A stretch of DNA of 64,000 nt, taken from Micropruina sp. GTDB taxonomy: Bacteria; Actinomycetota; Actinomycetes; Propionibacteriales; Propionibacteriaceae. A program made the translations under genes and the position numbers. Each line of letters begins with the position of its first letter. Within the stretch, counting starts at the first letter, position 1. Of the stretch, positions 28,987 through 39,059 are shown piece after piece. The notes beneath the pieces are model-generated. The model was given only the letters and a program-made list of their open reading frames with translations. It did not search any database and had not been told where the DNA came from. Location: positions 951 through 64,950 of the forward strand of contig JBGAJF010000020.1 in NCBI GenBank assembly GCA_044225075.1, in the 5' to 3' direction.

Positions 28987-30279
28987 ATGGTCGGCCAGCA
29001 CTCACGTCCGCGCTGGCACTACTCCCCACAGCACATGTGGATGAACGACCCCAACGGGCTCATCTTCAACGCCGGCACCTGGCACATGTTCTACCAGTCC
29101 AACCCCTCCGGGAACGTCTGGGGCAACCTCTCCTGGGGTCATGCGACGTCGTCGGATCTGCTCCACTGGACCGAGCATCAGGTGGCGCTGTGGCACACCG
29201 AGACCGAGCAGATCTTCTCCGGCAGCTGCGTGTTCGACGCAACCAACTCCTCAGGGCTTGGGACGGCCGACTGGCCCCCGCTGATCGCCGTCTACACCGC
29301 CGCCTACCGGCCCGGGAGCGAACTGGAAGGCCGGCAGGCGCAGGCACTCGCCTACAGCCTGGACGGCGGCAGCCATTGGACGGCCTACCCGGGGAACCCG
29401 GTGCTCGATCGGTCCTCGACCGACTTTCGGGACCCCAAGGTGTTCCGGCACGGCGACGATTGGGTGATGGTCGCCGTCGAAGCCGAGCAGCGCCAAGTGG
29501 TGATCTACCGATCGACCAATCTGGTCGACTGGACCTACGCGTCCACCTTCGGCCCCGCGCACGCGGCCGCCGGCGTGTGGGAATGCCCCGACCTGTTCGA
29601 ACTGCCGGTTGCCAACCAGGCCAGCCGCAAATGGGTGCTCCTGGTGAACATCAATCCGGGCGGGGTCGCCGGCGGAAGCGGTTGCCAGTATTTCGTCGGG
29701 GAGTTCGACGGTCACACCTTCACCCCCGACGCAATCGTCGGGGTGTCCACCGACCCCGCGCTCGGACTCGACGATCCGCTGCTGCGGGCCTACGACTGGC
29801 TGGACTTCGGCCGGGACTGTTACGCGGTGACGTCCTTCGCCGATGTTCCCGGCGGCCGGCGCATCGTGCTGGGCTGGATGAACAACTGGGACTACGCCAT
29901 CGATGTACCGCTCACCGGCGGACGCAGCATCATGACCATTCCCCGCGAACTCGACCTGCTCAAGGTCGGTGGCCGATACCTGGTGCGGCAACGCCCGATC
30001 CGCGAACTGCCGGACGCCGCGCTGGAACGCCACACGCTGTCCGACGGCGACCGGATACGCGTGCGCGGAGTGGCGCTGGAGTACCACAACGGCGTCCTGA
30101 GCCTGGACCGCCGGGGGGTCGGGACCGCCGACTTCCACGAGGGATTCGGCTCTCGGCAGTGGGCGGAGATCCCGGAACGGCCCGCCAGCGTCACCGTCGA
30201 GATCCTGCTCGACACCTGCTCGATCGAGGTGTTCGCGGCGTCCGGGCTCGTGGTCATCAGCGACCTGGTCTTCTTCTAG
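28987..30279 (+). CDS. Glycoside hydrolase family 32 (beta-fructofuranosidase/levanase), no signal peptide
   Basis: WMNDPNG, FSGS, RDPKV and WECPD catalytic motifs. Confidence 0.92.
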   Translation: MVGQHSRPRWHYSPQHMWMNDPNGLIFNAGTWHMFYQSNPSGNVWGNLSWGHATSSDLLHWTEHQVALWHTETEQIFSGSCVFDATNSSGLGTADWPPLIAVYTAAYRPGSELEGRQAQALAYSLDGGSHWTAYPGNPVLDRSSTDFRDPKVFRHGDDWVMVAVEAEQRQVVIYRSTNLVDWTYASTFGPAHAAAGVWECPDLFELPVANQASRKWVLLVNINPGGVAGGSGCQYFVGEFDGHTFTPDAIVGVSTDPALGLDDPLLRAYDWLDFGRDCYAVTSFADVPGGRRIVLGWMNNWDYAIDVPLTGGRSIMTIPRELDLLKVGGRYLVRQRPIRELPDAALERHTLSDGDRIRVRGVALEYHNGVLSLDRRGVGTADFHEGFGSRQWAEIPERPASVTVEILLDTCSIEVFAASGLVVISDLVFF

Positions 30280-30352
30280 CGCTCGAGGTTCAGCGCTCGA
30301 GCCTCAGCCTCCCGGGTGAGGCGCTGTCAGCGGCGCGCGGCATACTGCCGCC

Positions 30353-31147
30353 ATGGCCACGATCATGTTCGTTCACGCCCACCCCGATGATGAGGGCACG
30401 CTGACCGCCGGGTCGATGATCCGGGCGGCCGAGGAGGGGCACCGGGTGGTCGTGGTGTTCGCGACCCATGGCGAAAACGGCGAGGAGCCGGATGACCTCG
30501 GCCCGGACGAGACGCTGGCCCAGCGCCGGATGGCAGAGGCGCACCGCGCCGCCGAAGTGGCCGGCGTCGCGCGCGTCCACTGGCTGGGCTATCGGGATTC
30601 CGGCATGGCCGGCTGGGAGCAGAACCACCACCAGCACTGCCTGCTGCAGGCGCCCGCGGACGAGGCCGCCGGACGGCTTGCCGAGCTGATCGCCCGCGAG
30701 CGACCCGACGTCCTGGTGGGCTACGACTGGCACGGCAACTACGGCCACCCCGACCACGTGCGGGTCCATCAGGTGGTCCGCCGGGCGGCCGAAGTGGCCG
30801 ATCCGCGTCCGCGGCTGTTCGAGGCGACGATGAACCGGGATCGGGTGCGCCAACAGTTCCAGGCGGCCAAGGCGTCCGGCGTGCCCGATGCCGACGGTTT
30901 CGACCCCGACCGGCCGATGAACGACGGCAACCCGCTGGGCACACCTGAAGCCGAGATCAATCTGCAGGTCGATGTCAGCGGTCAGGTGCTGCGCCGCCGC
31001 GAGGTGATGGCCTGCCACGCCAGCCAGGTCACCGACATTCAGGGCTGGCTGGAGCTGCCCCTCGAAGCCTATGCCGCCGTGTTCGACACCGAGCACTACC
31101 TGGAGGTCGGCAGCTCCGATCCGATGCGGACCGGCTGGTTCTTCTGA
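30353..31147 (+). CDS. PIG-L family deacetylase (MshB/Mca-like)
   Basis: HAHPDDE, LGYRDSGM, YGHPDH and HASQ. Confidence 0.9.
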   Translation: MATIMFVHAHPDDEGTLTAGSMIRAAEEGHRVVVVFATHGENGEEPDDLGPDETLAQRRMAEAHRAAEVAGVARVHWLGYRDSGMAGWEQNHHQHCLLQAPADEAAGRLAELIARERPDVLVGYDWHGNYGHPDHVRVHQVVRRAAEVADPRPRLFEATMNRDRVRQQFQAAKASGVPDADGFDPDRPMNDGNPLGTPEAEINLQVDVSGQVLRRREVMACHASQVTDIQGWLELPLEAYAAVFDTEHYLEVGSSDPMRTGWFF

Positions 31148-31335
31148 ACCAGCAGATATCGGCCACGAGGTGATTGGCCGGCATTTGATACACGGTAACC
31201 ACCACAGTTTTTCCGGCGGAAGATCCTGTGGTTTTCCCCGGTCCCGGCCCGGGACGCGACTTCCTAGGGTGAACCCGTCGACAAACCAGGGCCCGTCGAT
31301 ATGTCCGCCCCAGAAGTCTTGTGAGGAGTTATCAC

Positions 31336-32418
31336 ATGCGAGGAATGAGCTTGAAGCGAGGGCTCGCAATGGCCGGTATCGCCGGCATCGCGCTCGGCGC
31401 AACCCTATTGGCGAATCCCGTTTCCGCCCGCGCGGAGTTGCCGGCCAAGCCGACGGCAGCCGCCACCGTCACCCACACCAACAACCTCTCGAAGGCCGTC
31501 ACCAAGCTGATGAAGGGCAGCGGCGTGAGCGCCGAGGCCAAGGCTCTGGAAGCCTATTGGACGCCGGCCCGGATGCGGGCGGCCAAGTCCATGGACCGCA
31601 GCGCCACGATCACCCGCAGCGGCAAAGCGCCGAAGCAGCAGTCGCGGCAGCGGATGTTCCACCCCGAGGGGGCCTCGGGCAGCGTCGGTCCCGCGGTCAC
31701 GAAGTCGGCCCCCAAGGCCGCCGCGCGGCCGAACACCAAGCAGGCTCAGGCCTACTATCCGAACCTGCCGTACAACCACCCGGCAGCCCGGACCAACGGC
31801 AAGGTCTTCTTCACCCGCGGCGGCCTGAACTACGTCTGCTCGGCGTCGATCGTCAACAGTGAGGGCAAGAGCCTGATCTGGACCGCCGGTCACTGCCTCG
31901 CCGACTACAAGGTGTGGTCGACCAACGTGTCGTTCGTCCCGTCGTACTCCAACGGCTGGCGTCCCTACGGCACCTGGTACGCGCGCACGCTGACCACCAC
32001 CTCGGCATGGTTCAACAACCGGTCGTTCAGCGACGATGTCGGCGCGGCGACCATGTACCGCAACTACGGCTACCGGATCGCCGACTACCTCGGTGCTCAG
32101 GGGATCATGTGGAACCAGAGCGCCAACTACACCGCCACCGCGTTCGGCTACCCGGCCGCATCCCCGTACAACGGTGCGTACCTGGTGCGTGCCGACGGCT
32201 ACACCTACAACGCGGGCAACGGCACGATCTACATGTACTCCGGCCTCACCGGCGGCTCATCAGGCGGCGCCTGGTACCGCAACTTCAACGGCAGCTGGGG
32301 CTACGTCAACGGGCACAACGACTTCATCTACACCAGTTCGCCGGCGTGGATGTACAGCCCGTACTACGGCAATCAGGTCGCCAACCTGTACAACGCGGTC
32401 CGCTACCAGAGCAGCTGA
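31336..32418 (+). CDS. Secreted trypsin-like serine protease with signal peptide and propeptide
   Basis: Signal peptide, YWTPARMRAA propeptide motif, triad TAGHC / DDVG / TGGSSGG; GAGGAG RBS. Confidence 0.85.
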   Translation: MRGMSLKRGLAMAGIAGIALGATLLANPVSARAELPAKPTAAATVTHTNNLSKAVTKLMKGSGVSAEAKALEAYWTPARMRAAKSMDRSATITRSGKAPKQQSRQRMFHPEGASGSVGPAVTKSAPKAAARPNTKQAQAYYPNLPYNHPAARTNGKVFFTRGGLNYVCSASIVNSEGKSLIWTAGHCLADYKVWSTNVSFVPSYSNGWRPYGTWYARTLTTTSAWFNNRSFSDDVGAATMYRNYGYRIADYLGAQGIMWNQSANYTATAFGYPAASPYNGAYLVRADGYTYNAGNGTIYMYSGLTGGSSGGAWYRNFNGSWGYVNGHNDFIYTSSPAWMYSPYYGNQVANLYNAVRYQSS

Positions 32419-32444
32419 CCCAACCGCCCCCTCCCCCCACGGAC

Positions 32445-32478
32445 GGCGCCGATCGGCCTTCTTTGGCCGGTCGGCGCC
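32445..32478. terminator. Stem-loop downstream of the protease
   Basis: GGCGCCGATCGGCC-TTCTTT-GGCCGGTCGGCGCC between convergent genes. Confidence 0.6.
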
Positions 32479-32504
32479 GACCCGTGTCCTGGGCGCCCGC
32501 GCGC

Positions 32505-32602
32505 TCAACCGCCGGCGGGTAGGTGGGTCGTTCAACCGCCGGCGGGTAGGTGGGTCGTTCAACCGCCGGCGGGTAGGTGGGGCGTTCAACCGCCGGCGGG
32601 TG
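32505..32602. repeat. 27-bp tandem repeat (~3.6 copies) copying the 3' end of the LAL regulator gene
   Basis: Unit TCAACCGCCGGCGGGTAGGTGGG(T/G)CGT at 32505, 32532, 32559 and 32586; no spacers. Confidence 0.92.
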
Positions 32603-35399
32603 CGTGGTTCGGTGCGCCCGGACCACCGGCGCCGCGGGCCTGGGCGATCACCCGGACCAGCTGGACCCGGCGCCTGACCTGCAGCTTGCGATAGATGTTG
32701 GAAAGGTGGAACTCGATCGTCCGCACGCTGAGGAACAGCGCGGACGCCAGTTGCTGGTTGGTGAGTCCATCGGCGGCGAGTTCGGCGACCCGCAACTCCT
32801 GAGCGGTCAGCGCGGTCAGGCTTCGGCGTCCGGCCCCCACCACGGCCGGCTCGGACGTCACCCCGGACCCGGCGGGTACGGCCGAGGAAGCTGCCGGTTC
32901 CGGCACCAGGTCGAGAGCGCGGGCGTACCAGTTCACCGCTCCCAGGGCGTCGAAGGCAGCGGCGCCGGCCATGATCGTGCGCCGCGCGTCCACCGATCCC
33001 TGGTCGCGCAGCACCTCACCCAGCAACATCAGCCCACGAGCCTCCTCGATGCGCAGCCCGGCCTCGCGCGCGACGTCGACGGCAGCGATCAGGTAGGTGA
33101 CGGCGTCCGCCGGGTCCTCGGCGAGCAGGCCACGCGCCCGGGCCAGCGCGGACTGCAGCGCCGGCGGGGCCGAGCCGCGCTGATCCAGCTCGGCCAGCAA
33201 CCGGCGGGCCTCGGCCCGGGAACCGGTCCGTGCCAGCGCCTCAATCAGGTCTCCGTGTCCTGGTAGGACGGCGTCCTCGACCATCGGGACCCGCGGGGTA
33301 CCTTCGAGGTGGGCCAGCGCCGTGGCTGGATCACCCTGCGAAAGGCTCAGGAATCCGGCGATGGTCGACGCCTGGATGAGCAGCGCAGCGTCCTGGGCGG
33401 CACGCGCCCACACCCTGGCTTCGTCGAGGTGCAGCAGGCAATCGTGCTCGCGTCCGGTGACCGCCTCCGCACGGGCCAGCGCCAGCAGCGCCCGAGGCAC
33501 GACCGCGTTCGCCTCGACCCCCTGGGCCAGGTCGAGCGCCTCCTGCGCCGCCGATAGCCCGCCCACCACGCGTCCGGACGCCAGCCGCAGACCGGACAAC
33601 GCGACCAGCCGCGCGGGCAGCATCCCGGCGGCGGCGCGGCGCCGCGACGCGTCCACGGCGAGTTCGAGTTGGGTGAGCGCCGCCGGGGTGTGACGGCGCC
33701 AAGCCGTCGTCCAGGCCGTCGGCAGCGCGGGATCGGCCGTGAGCTCGTCGACGTCGAGCCAGGACCGGCCGGCCGGAGCAGTGGAGTCCGGCGATCCGCT
33801 CCCGGTGAGGACGGCGACGAGTCCCGCGCAGGCGTCGCCGATCACCCCGCTGCCACCGAGTTCGCGCGCGATGATGACGGCGGTGCGGGCCAGTTCCAGG
33901 TCGCCGCTCGCGATACTGATCGACGCCGCCCGCGTGTACCGCAGCGCGGCGCCGTCCGGATCGTCCATCGCCGTGTCCGACGCCAGCCGCAGCAGAGTGT
34001 CGCGCGCCGTCAGCGGGCTGCCCGCGAGTGCCTCGGCGTCCGCCCGCAGCTCGGCGAGCCGGGCGCGCTCGCCGGGAGTCCGGAGGAGCGCCTCGGCAGC
34101 AGCGAGCTGCTCGCCGGCCTCGGCCAGACAGCCACCGGCCTGCAGCCGTCCGACGCCTCGCAGCAGGCGGCGCAATCGCTCGGACCTGCCGACGGTGAGC
34201 GCGGCCGCACTCACCAGCAGCCGTCCGGCGGCGGCGACGTCGATGCCCGGGTCCTCCGCAGCGTGCTCGATGTCGTCGGCGAGCCTGTCGTCGCAGCCGT
34301 CCGCAGCGGCGATGCGATGCCGCAGCTGGCGGACGATCGCCGCCGGCTGGGTGCCGACCGGAAACCCGGCCGCCACGGTGTGCAGCCGGCGCAGCCGGGC
34401 AGGCGCCAGGCCGGCCAGCAGCGCCGGGCCGAGGAGGGGATGCGAGAGGCGCCATTGGCCGGCCTGGCGCCACAGCAGGCCGGCAGTTTCCAGCTCGACC
34501 CGGACCGCGTCGGTGCAGGTCGCCGGCAGCGGACCCTCGCCGTCGTCCAGGCACACGGCAAACTCCTCGGCGGCCTCGCGCGCGGCCCGGGACAGCCCGG
34601 CCAGTTCGGGGTGGAACAGCTCGCCCAGTCGCGTGTGGCCGCCGCCGTCCCCGCCGACTGGATGGGGCTGTCCGCCGGACGCGACCAGCTGCAACGCGAG
34701 CGGGTTGCCTCCGACTCGGCGCACCACATCGTCCGCAGCCGGCCACGAGGGCCGGGCGTCCGCGCGTCGTCCGAGCAGCTGGACGATCTCGTCGTCGGTG
34801 AGCCGATCGAGCAGGACCCCCGGCAGCCCGCCCAGGGCCGTCGGCAGCTGCGCCGGCTGACCCGGCCCGTACCGCACCGCGAGCAACAGCACCACCGCGC
34901 GCCCGCCGATCCGGCGACCAAGCTGGCCCAGCACCTCGAGGCTCAGTTCGTCCAGCCACTGCGCATCGTCGATGGCGATCAGGACCGGCCGTCCCCGGTC
35001 CAGCAGGCCTAGCATGAACGCGGCGAGCTCGGCTGCGCGGCCCACCGACGACTCAGTCGGCGGCGGGAGTGCGAGCAGGCCGTCCGGGAGGGCAGACCCC
35101 AGTTGTCGCGCCAGTTCCACCAGTGCGATCCCCGGGGTCGGTTGGTCGCGCACATGTCCGGCCACCTGCGTCTCCTGAAACCGGCCACTCGCCAGTGCGG
35201 CGGTCCAGTTGAGCAGCGCGGTTCGGCCGATGCCCGGCACCCCGGCCACCACCAGTGCCTGGCCCCGACCTCGGACGGCAAGGTCGAGGCAGTACCCGAT
35301 GCGGTCGACGATCGCCTGGCGACTGGGCGGCCACGACTCTGGCGCGAACCATGGGGTATTGGCGCCGAAGCCGTTGGCGGGCATCTCAGGACCTGGCAT
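32586..35399 (-). CDS. Large ATP-binding LuxR-family (LAL) regulator
   Basis: N-terminal GVPGIGRT Walker A variant, IAIDDAQWLD Walker B, C-terminal LTAQELRVAELAADGLTNQQLASALFLSVRTIEFHL HTH. Confidence 0.9.
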   Translation of the reverse strand: MPGPEMPANGFGANTPWFAPESWPPSRQAIVDRIGYCLDLAVRGRGQALVVAGVPGIGRTALLNWTAALASGRFQETQVAGHVRDQPTPGIALVELARQLGSALPDGLLALPPPTESSVGRAAELAAFMLGLLDRGRPVLIAIDDAQWLDELSLEVLGQLGRRIGGRAVVLLLAVRYGPGQPAQLPTALGGLPGVLLDRLTDDEIVQLLGRRADARPSWPAADDVVRRVGGNPLALQLVASGGQPHPVGGDGGGHTRLGELFHPELAGLSRAAREAAEEFAVCLDDGEGPLPATCTDAVRVELETAGLLWRQAGQWRLSHPLLGPALLAGLAPARLRRLHTVAAGFPVGTQPAAIVRQLRHRIAAADGCDDRLADDIEHAAEDPGIDVAAAGRLLVSAAALTVGRSERLRRLLRGVGRLQAGGCLAEAGEQLAAAEALLRTPGERARLAELRADAEALAGSPLTARDTLLRLASDTAMDDPDGAALRYTRAASISIASGDLELARTAVIIARELGGSGVIGDACAGLVAVLTGSGSPDSTAPAGRSWLDVDELTADPALPTAWTTAWRRHTPAALTQLELAVDASRRRAAAGMLPARLVALSGLRLASGRVVGGLSAAQEALDLAQGVEANAVVPRALLALARAEAVTGREHDCLLHLDEARVWARAAQDAALLIQASTIAGFLSLSQGDPATALAHLEGTPRVPMVEDAVLPGHGDLIEALARTGSRAEARRLLAELDQRGSAPPALQSALARARGLLAEDPADAVTYLIAAVDVAREAGLRIEEARGLMLLGEVLRDQGSVDARRTIMAGAAAFDALGAVNWYARALDLVPEPAASSAVPAGSGVTSEPAVVGAGRRSLTALTAQELRVAELAADGLTNQQLASALFLSVRTIEFHLSNIYRKLQVRRRVQLVRVIAQARGAGGPGAPNHAPAGG

Positions 35400-35715
35400 T
35401 CTTCGGATATTCCTTCGGGGTACAAGTGGCCTGTCGGAGCGTCGTCAGAAATGCCGCTCAGAGAAATCGGGGGTCATGAGACCGCCGGTCCAGAATTGAC
35501 GAAGCTTGGCCCGGAGACCGCTACGGCAGCACATGCTACACGTGGCCAGTAGTGCCGCCCAGTACGCAATTCTCCGCCCTCTTCTTAGCCGGGATCAGAA
35601 ATCGTCGCCGGTGGGATTTGTGATCTCGGGTCGCGCCCGAGGGCGGCCGCGTCAGGGTGAGACTCGCCATCGGCCGTGGCCGGCTGGGCCCCCCTCACGC
35701 GAGACAATCCGGGGC

Positions 35716-36057
35716 ATGACCGACACCCAATGGCCGACCCTTCCGCTGCCGTCCGACGCCGACCAGCCGGGTCCCGAGCCGGGCGCCACCCGGTACACGC
35801 TGCTGGTGGAAGAGACCACCGGCTCGGGCGAGTCGATGCGCTGGCTGGGTTCACCGGCCACCGGGAAGACCTAGATGGATCGGACCGAGGCCAGGCGTGC
35901 CGCGGAGCAGTTCGCCCGGACCTACGCGCCCAGACATCCGATGTCGGAGCAGAACCGCGGCGTGTACCGGGTGAGTCCGGACCACTACCTCACCGTCGTC
36001 AAGGGCGCGACCAAGACGTTCGCCTTCCGGACGACGGTCGCGGAGCCGCTGGACTGA
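35716..36057 (+). pseudogene. Small hypothetical protein interrupted by an in-frame TAG at 35872-35874
   Basis: One frame reads ...RYTLLVEETTGSGESMRW...GKT*MDRTEARRAAEQFARTYAPRHPMS...RTTVAEPLD; ATG 7 nt after GACAAT. Confidence 0.55.
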
Positions 36058-36114
36058 TCCCGCCCGCCGCTGGGCCCTGCAGATGAGCGGGGACGCCGCA
36101 GGCCGGCTGACGGC

Positions 36115-36876
36115 TCAGATCGGCAGCTTGCGGAAGATCGGGGTGGGGATGTGCCGCAGCACCATCATCACGTAGCGGAACGCCGGCGGTACCCAGATCA
36201 ACTCCTTGCCGTCGGCGACGGCGGCGACGATCTGCTGGGCGACGTCCTCTTTGTTCACCGTCAACGGCGCCTCTTTGACGTGCGCCGACATCCGGGTGCG
36301 GACCTGACCCGGACGGACCACCAACACCTTCGGGCCGAGGCCGGCGAGCGCCTGGCCGAGGTTGAGGTAGAAGGCGTCAAGACCGGCCTTGGTCGAGCCG
36401 TAGACGAAGTTCGAGCGGCGCACCTTCTCGCCGGCGACCGTGCTCATCGCCACGATCTGGCCGTGGCCCTGAGCCTTGAACCGCTCGCCGAGCAGCACCC
36501 CGACGCTGACCGCGCCGGTGTAGTTGATGTTGCAGATGGCGACGGCCTTGGCCTGGTCCTGCCAGAGTTCCTCGGCGTCGCCGAGCAGGCCGAATGCGAC
36601 CATGGCAAGGTCGATGTCGCCGCCGGCGAAGGCGGCGTCGATGGCCTCCGGGTGCGAGCCGAAGTCGGCGGCGTCGAAATCGACCACGTCGACCGCGGTC
36701 GCACCCTGGGCCTTCAGCGAATCCACGGCTACCTCGATACCCGGATCGCCCGGCATGCAGGCAAGCACCACCCGCAGCGGCTGCCGGCGCAGGTACTCGC
36801 TGACCACCGCCAGACCGATCTCGGACGTGCCTCCCAGCAGCAGGATGGACTGCGGGTTGCCGACGGCGTCGAACAT
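36115..36876 (-). CDS. dprE2: Decaprenylphospho-beta-D-erythro-pentofuranosid-2-ulose 2-reductase (SDR)
   Basis: [36 protein letters not shown] and VVRPGQVRT; adjacent to dprE1. Confidence 0.9.
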   Translation of the reverse strand: MFDAVGNPQSILLLGGTSEIGLAVVSEYLRRQPLRVVLACMPGDPGIEVAVDSLKAQGATAVDVVDFDAADFGSHPEAIDAAFAGGDIDLAMVAFGLLGDAEELWQDQAKAVAICNINYTGAVSVGVLLGERFKAQGHGQIVAMSTVAGEKVRRSNFVYGSTKAGLDAFYLNLGQALAGLGPKVLVVRPGQVRTRMSAHVKEAPLTVNKEDVAQQIVAAVADGKELIWVPPAFRYVMMVLRHIPTPIFRKLPI

Positions 36877-36914
36877 GGAATCTCCCTTTGGTTACGGCGA
36901 ACGGTGGTGGCGGG

Positions 36915-38345
36915 TCAGAGCAGGTCGAGGCGGCGGGCCATGTCCGAGGCGAACACGCCGTCGGGGTCGATGGCGCGCCGGGTGGCGATCCAGGAGTCGA
37001 TCTCGGGATACATGGCGTGGAAGGTGGCGGCGGTGGTGCGGGAGTCCTTGGCGGTGTAGAGCCGTCCGCCGAACTGCAGGATGCGGGCGTCCAGGCCGGC
37101 CAGGAACTCGTGCAGGCCGCGCTTGATCGGGAAGTCGACGCAGACGTTCCAGCCGGCCATCGGGTAGCTGAGCGGCGCCCGGTTGCCCTCGCCGAACAGC
37201 TTGAACACGTTCAGGAAGGAGTAGTGCCCGGAGCGCTGGATGTCGCCGATGATCGCCTTGAACTCCTCAACCGCGGACGGCGGCACGACGAACTGGTACT
37301 GCAGGAAGCCGGCCGGACCGTAGGCACGGTTCCACTCGCTGAACATGTCCAGCGGATGGTAGAAGCCGGTGAGGCTCTGGATCTTGTTGGTGTAGCTACC
37401 CGACTTGGCGTACCAGGCGGTGCCCAGCGCGGTGAACGACAGCTTGTTGGCCAGGCCGTTGGGGAACACGTCGGGCAGTTCGAACAGCGGCTTGGCGCTG
37501 AACGCGAGCGGGTCGGCGGCCAGCTTGGGCGCGTGCTCCTGCAGCTGCGCCAGGGTGGCCAGGTTGCCCCGGGACAGCGCGGCCCGGCCCAGCTTCGGAG
37601 GCGCCGAGATGGCGTCGAACCAGGCCGAGCTGTAGTCGTAGCGGTTCTCGGAGCCGTCGGAGTGGACGGCGATGGTCTCGTCCAGGCTGTGGGTGACGAT
37701 GCCGTCGGCGAGGAAGTAGGCGGTTTCGGTGCGGGTCATCAGCAACCGCGCGCGCAGGATGATGCCGGTCAGTCCGATGCCGCCGACGGTCGCCCAGAAC
37801 AGGGTGCCGTCCGGGTCGTCGGCGGAGCCTGCCGGGGTGAGGGTGAGGACGCGTCCGTCGGCGACCAGCAGGTCGAGCGAGATGACGTGGTCGCCGAACG
37901 AGCCGGCCGAGTGGTGGTTCTTGCCGTGGACGTCGCAGCCGATCGCCCCGCCGATGGTGACCTGCCGGGTGCCCGGCAGCACCGGCACCCACAACCCGTG
38001 CGGCAGCGCGGCGCGCATCAGCGTGTCCAGGCTGACGCCGGCGTCGACGTCCACGATCGCCGAACCGGGGTCGATCTCGTGGATGGTCGCCAGGCCGGTC
38101 ATGTCGACCACCAGGCCGCCGGTGTTCTGCGCGACGTCGCCGTAGGAACGGCCCAGCCCGCGGGCGACGATGCCGCGCTTCAGGTGCGAGGGGCGGCCGG
38201 CGTTGTGGTCGGCGACGGCGGCCACCGCCGCCTGCACCTGCTCGGCCGAACTCGGCCGCAGCACGTGCGCCAGGCCGGGCGCGGTGCGGCCCCAGCCGGC
38301 GAGGGTCTCCAGGGACGTGGGCAGATCAATGGCTGAACTGGGCAT
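36915..38345 (-). CDS. dprE1: Decaprenylphosphoryl-beta-D-ribose 2'-oxidase (FAD-linked)
   Basis: [54 protein letters not shown] and [11 protein letters not shown]. Confidence 0.9.
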   Translation of the reverse strand: MPSSAIDLPTSLETLAGWGRTAPGLAHVLRPSSAEQVQAAVAAVADHNAGRPSHLKRGIVARGLGRSYGDVAQNTGGLVVDMTGLATIHEIDPGSAIVDVDAGVSLDTLMRAALPHGLWVPVLPGTRQVTIGGAIGCDVHGKNHHSAGSFGDHVISLDLLVADGRVLTLTPAGSADDPDGTLFWATVGGIGLTGIILRARLLMTRTETAYFLADGIVTHSLDETIAVHSDGSENRYDYSSAWFDAISAPPKLGRAALSRGNLATLAQLQEHAPKLAADPLAFSAKPLFELPDVFPNGLANKLSFTALGTAWYAKSGSYTNKIQSLTGFYHPLDMFSEWNRAYGPAGFLQYQFVVPPSAVEEFKAIIGDIQRSGHYSFLNVFKLFGEGNRAPLSYPMAGWNVCVDFPIKRGLHEFLAGLDARILQFGGRLYTAKDSRTTAATFHAMYPEIDSWIATRRAIDPDGVFASDMARRLDLL

Positions 38346-38420
38346 CGGTGGGGAGTCTATCGGGCACGCCCGGACGGGCCGCTGGCAACCGACCGGGTCC
38401 GGACGCCGAGCGGGCCGGTC

Positions 38421-39059
38421 TCATCGCGGGCCGGTCAGCTCCCGGGTCAGCAGCAGTGCCAGGCCAGTGCGGTCGCGCTGTTCCAGCTTGCGCAGCAGCG
38501 CTGAGACGTGGTTCTTCACGGTGCCCTCCGCCAGGTGCAGCCGAGCGGCGATCTCGGTGTTGGTGGCGCCGGTGGCCACCAGTTGCGCCACCTGGAGTTC
38601 GGTCGCGGTCAGCGCGGCTAGCGGGCCGGCATCCGGGCGGGGCCGGCTGAGCGCCGAGCGGGCTACCCGCGGGTCAATCACCAGGCCGCCGGCGACCACC
38701 TGGCGGATGGTCTCGCCGAGGGCCTCCACCGAGCAGTCCTTGAGCAGGAAGCCGGCTGCGCCGCTCTCGACGGCGCCGCGAACGAGTTCCTCGTCGTCGA
38801 AAGTGGTGAGCAGCACCACCGGCAGCCCCGGATGCTTCCGAGCACACGCCTCGACCAGGCCGAGGCCATCCAGGCCCGGCATCCGGGCGTCAGTGAGCAC
38901 CACGTCCGGGGCGGTGGCGGCGATCACCGTCAACGCCTCATGACCGTCGCCCGCCTCGCCGACCACCTCGATACCGCCGTCGGTGCCGAGCAGCATGCCC
39001 AGCCCACGGCGCAGCAACTGCTGGTCGTCCACCACCACGACCCTGATCCGCCCGGTCAC
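38421..39059 (-). CDS. Response regulator, NarL/LuxR family
   Basis: VVVVDDQ, DVVLTDARMP, LTTFDD and GFLLKD; C-terminal LuxR HTH. Confidence 0.92.
   Translation of the reverse strand: MTGRIRVVVVDDQQLLRRGLGMLLGTDGGIEVVGEAGDGHEALTVIAATAPDVVLTDARMPGLDGLGLVEACARKHPGLPVVLLTTFDDEELVRGAVESGAAGFLLKDCSVEALGETIRQVVAGGLVIDPRVARSALSRPRPDAGPLAALTATELQVAQLVATGATNTEIAARLHLAEGTVKNHVSALLRKLEQRDRTGLALLLTRELTGPR

Noticed and set aside
32505-32602. 27-bp repeats as a CRISPR array
   Set aside because: The units are head-to-tail with no unique spacers, and no cas genes are present
35872-35874. Pyrrolysine at the in-frame TAG
   Set aside because: No pyl genes or methylamine methyltransferase context; a point mutation or read error is simpler
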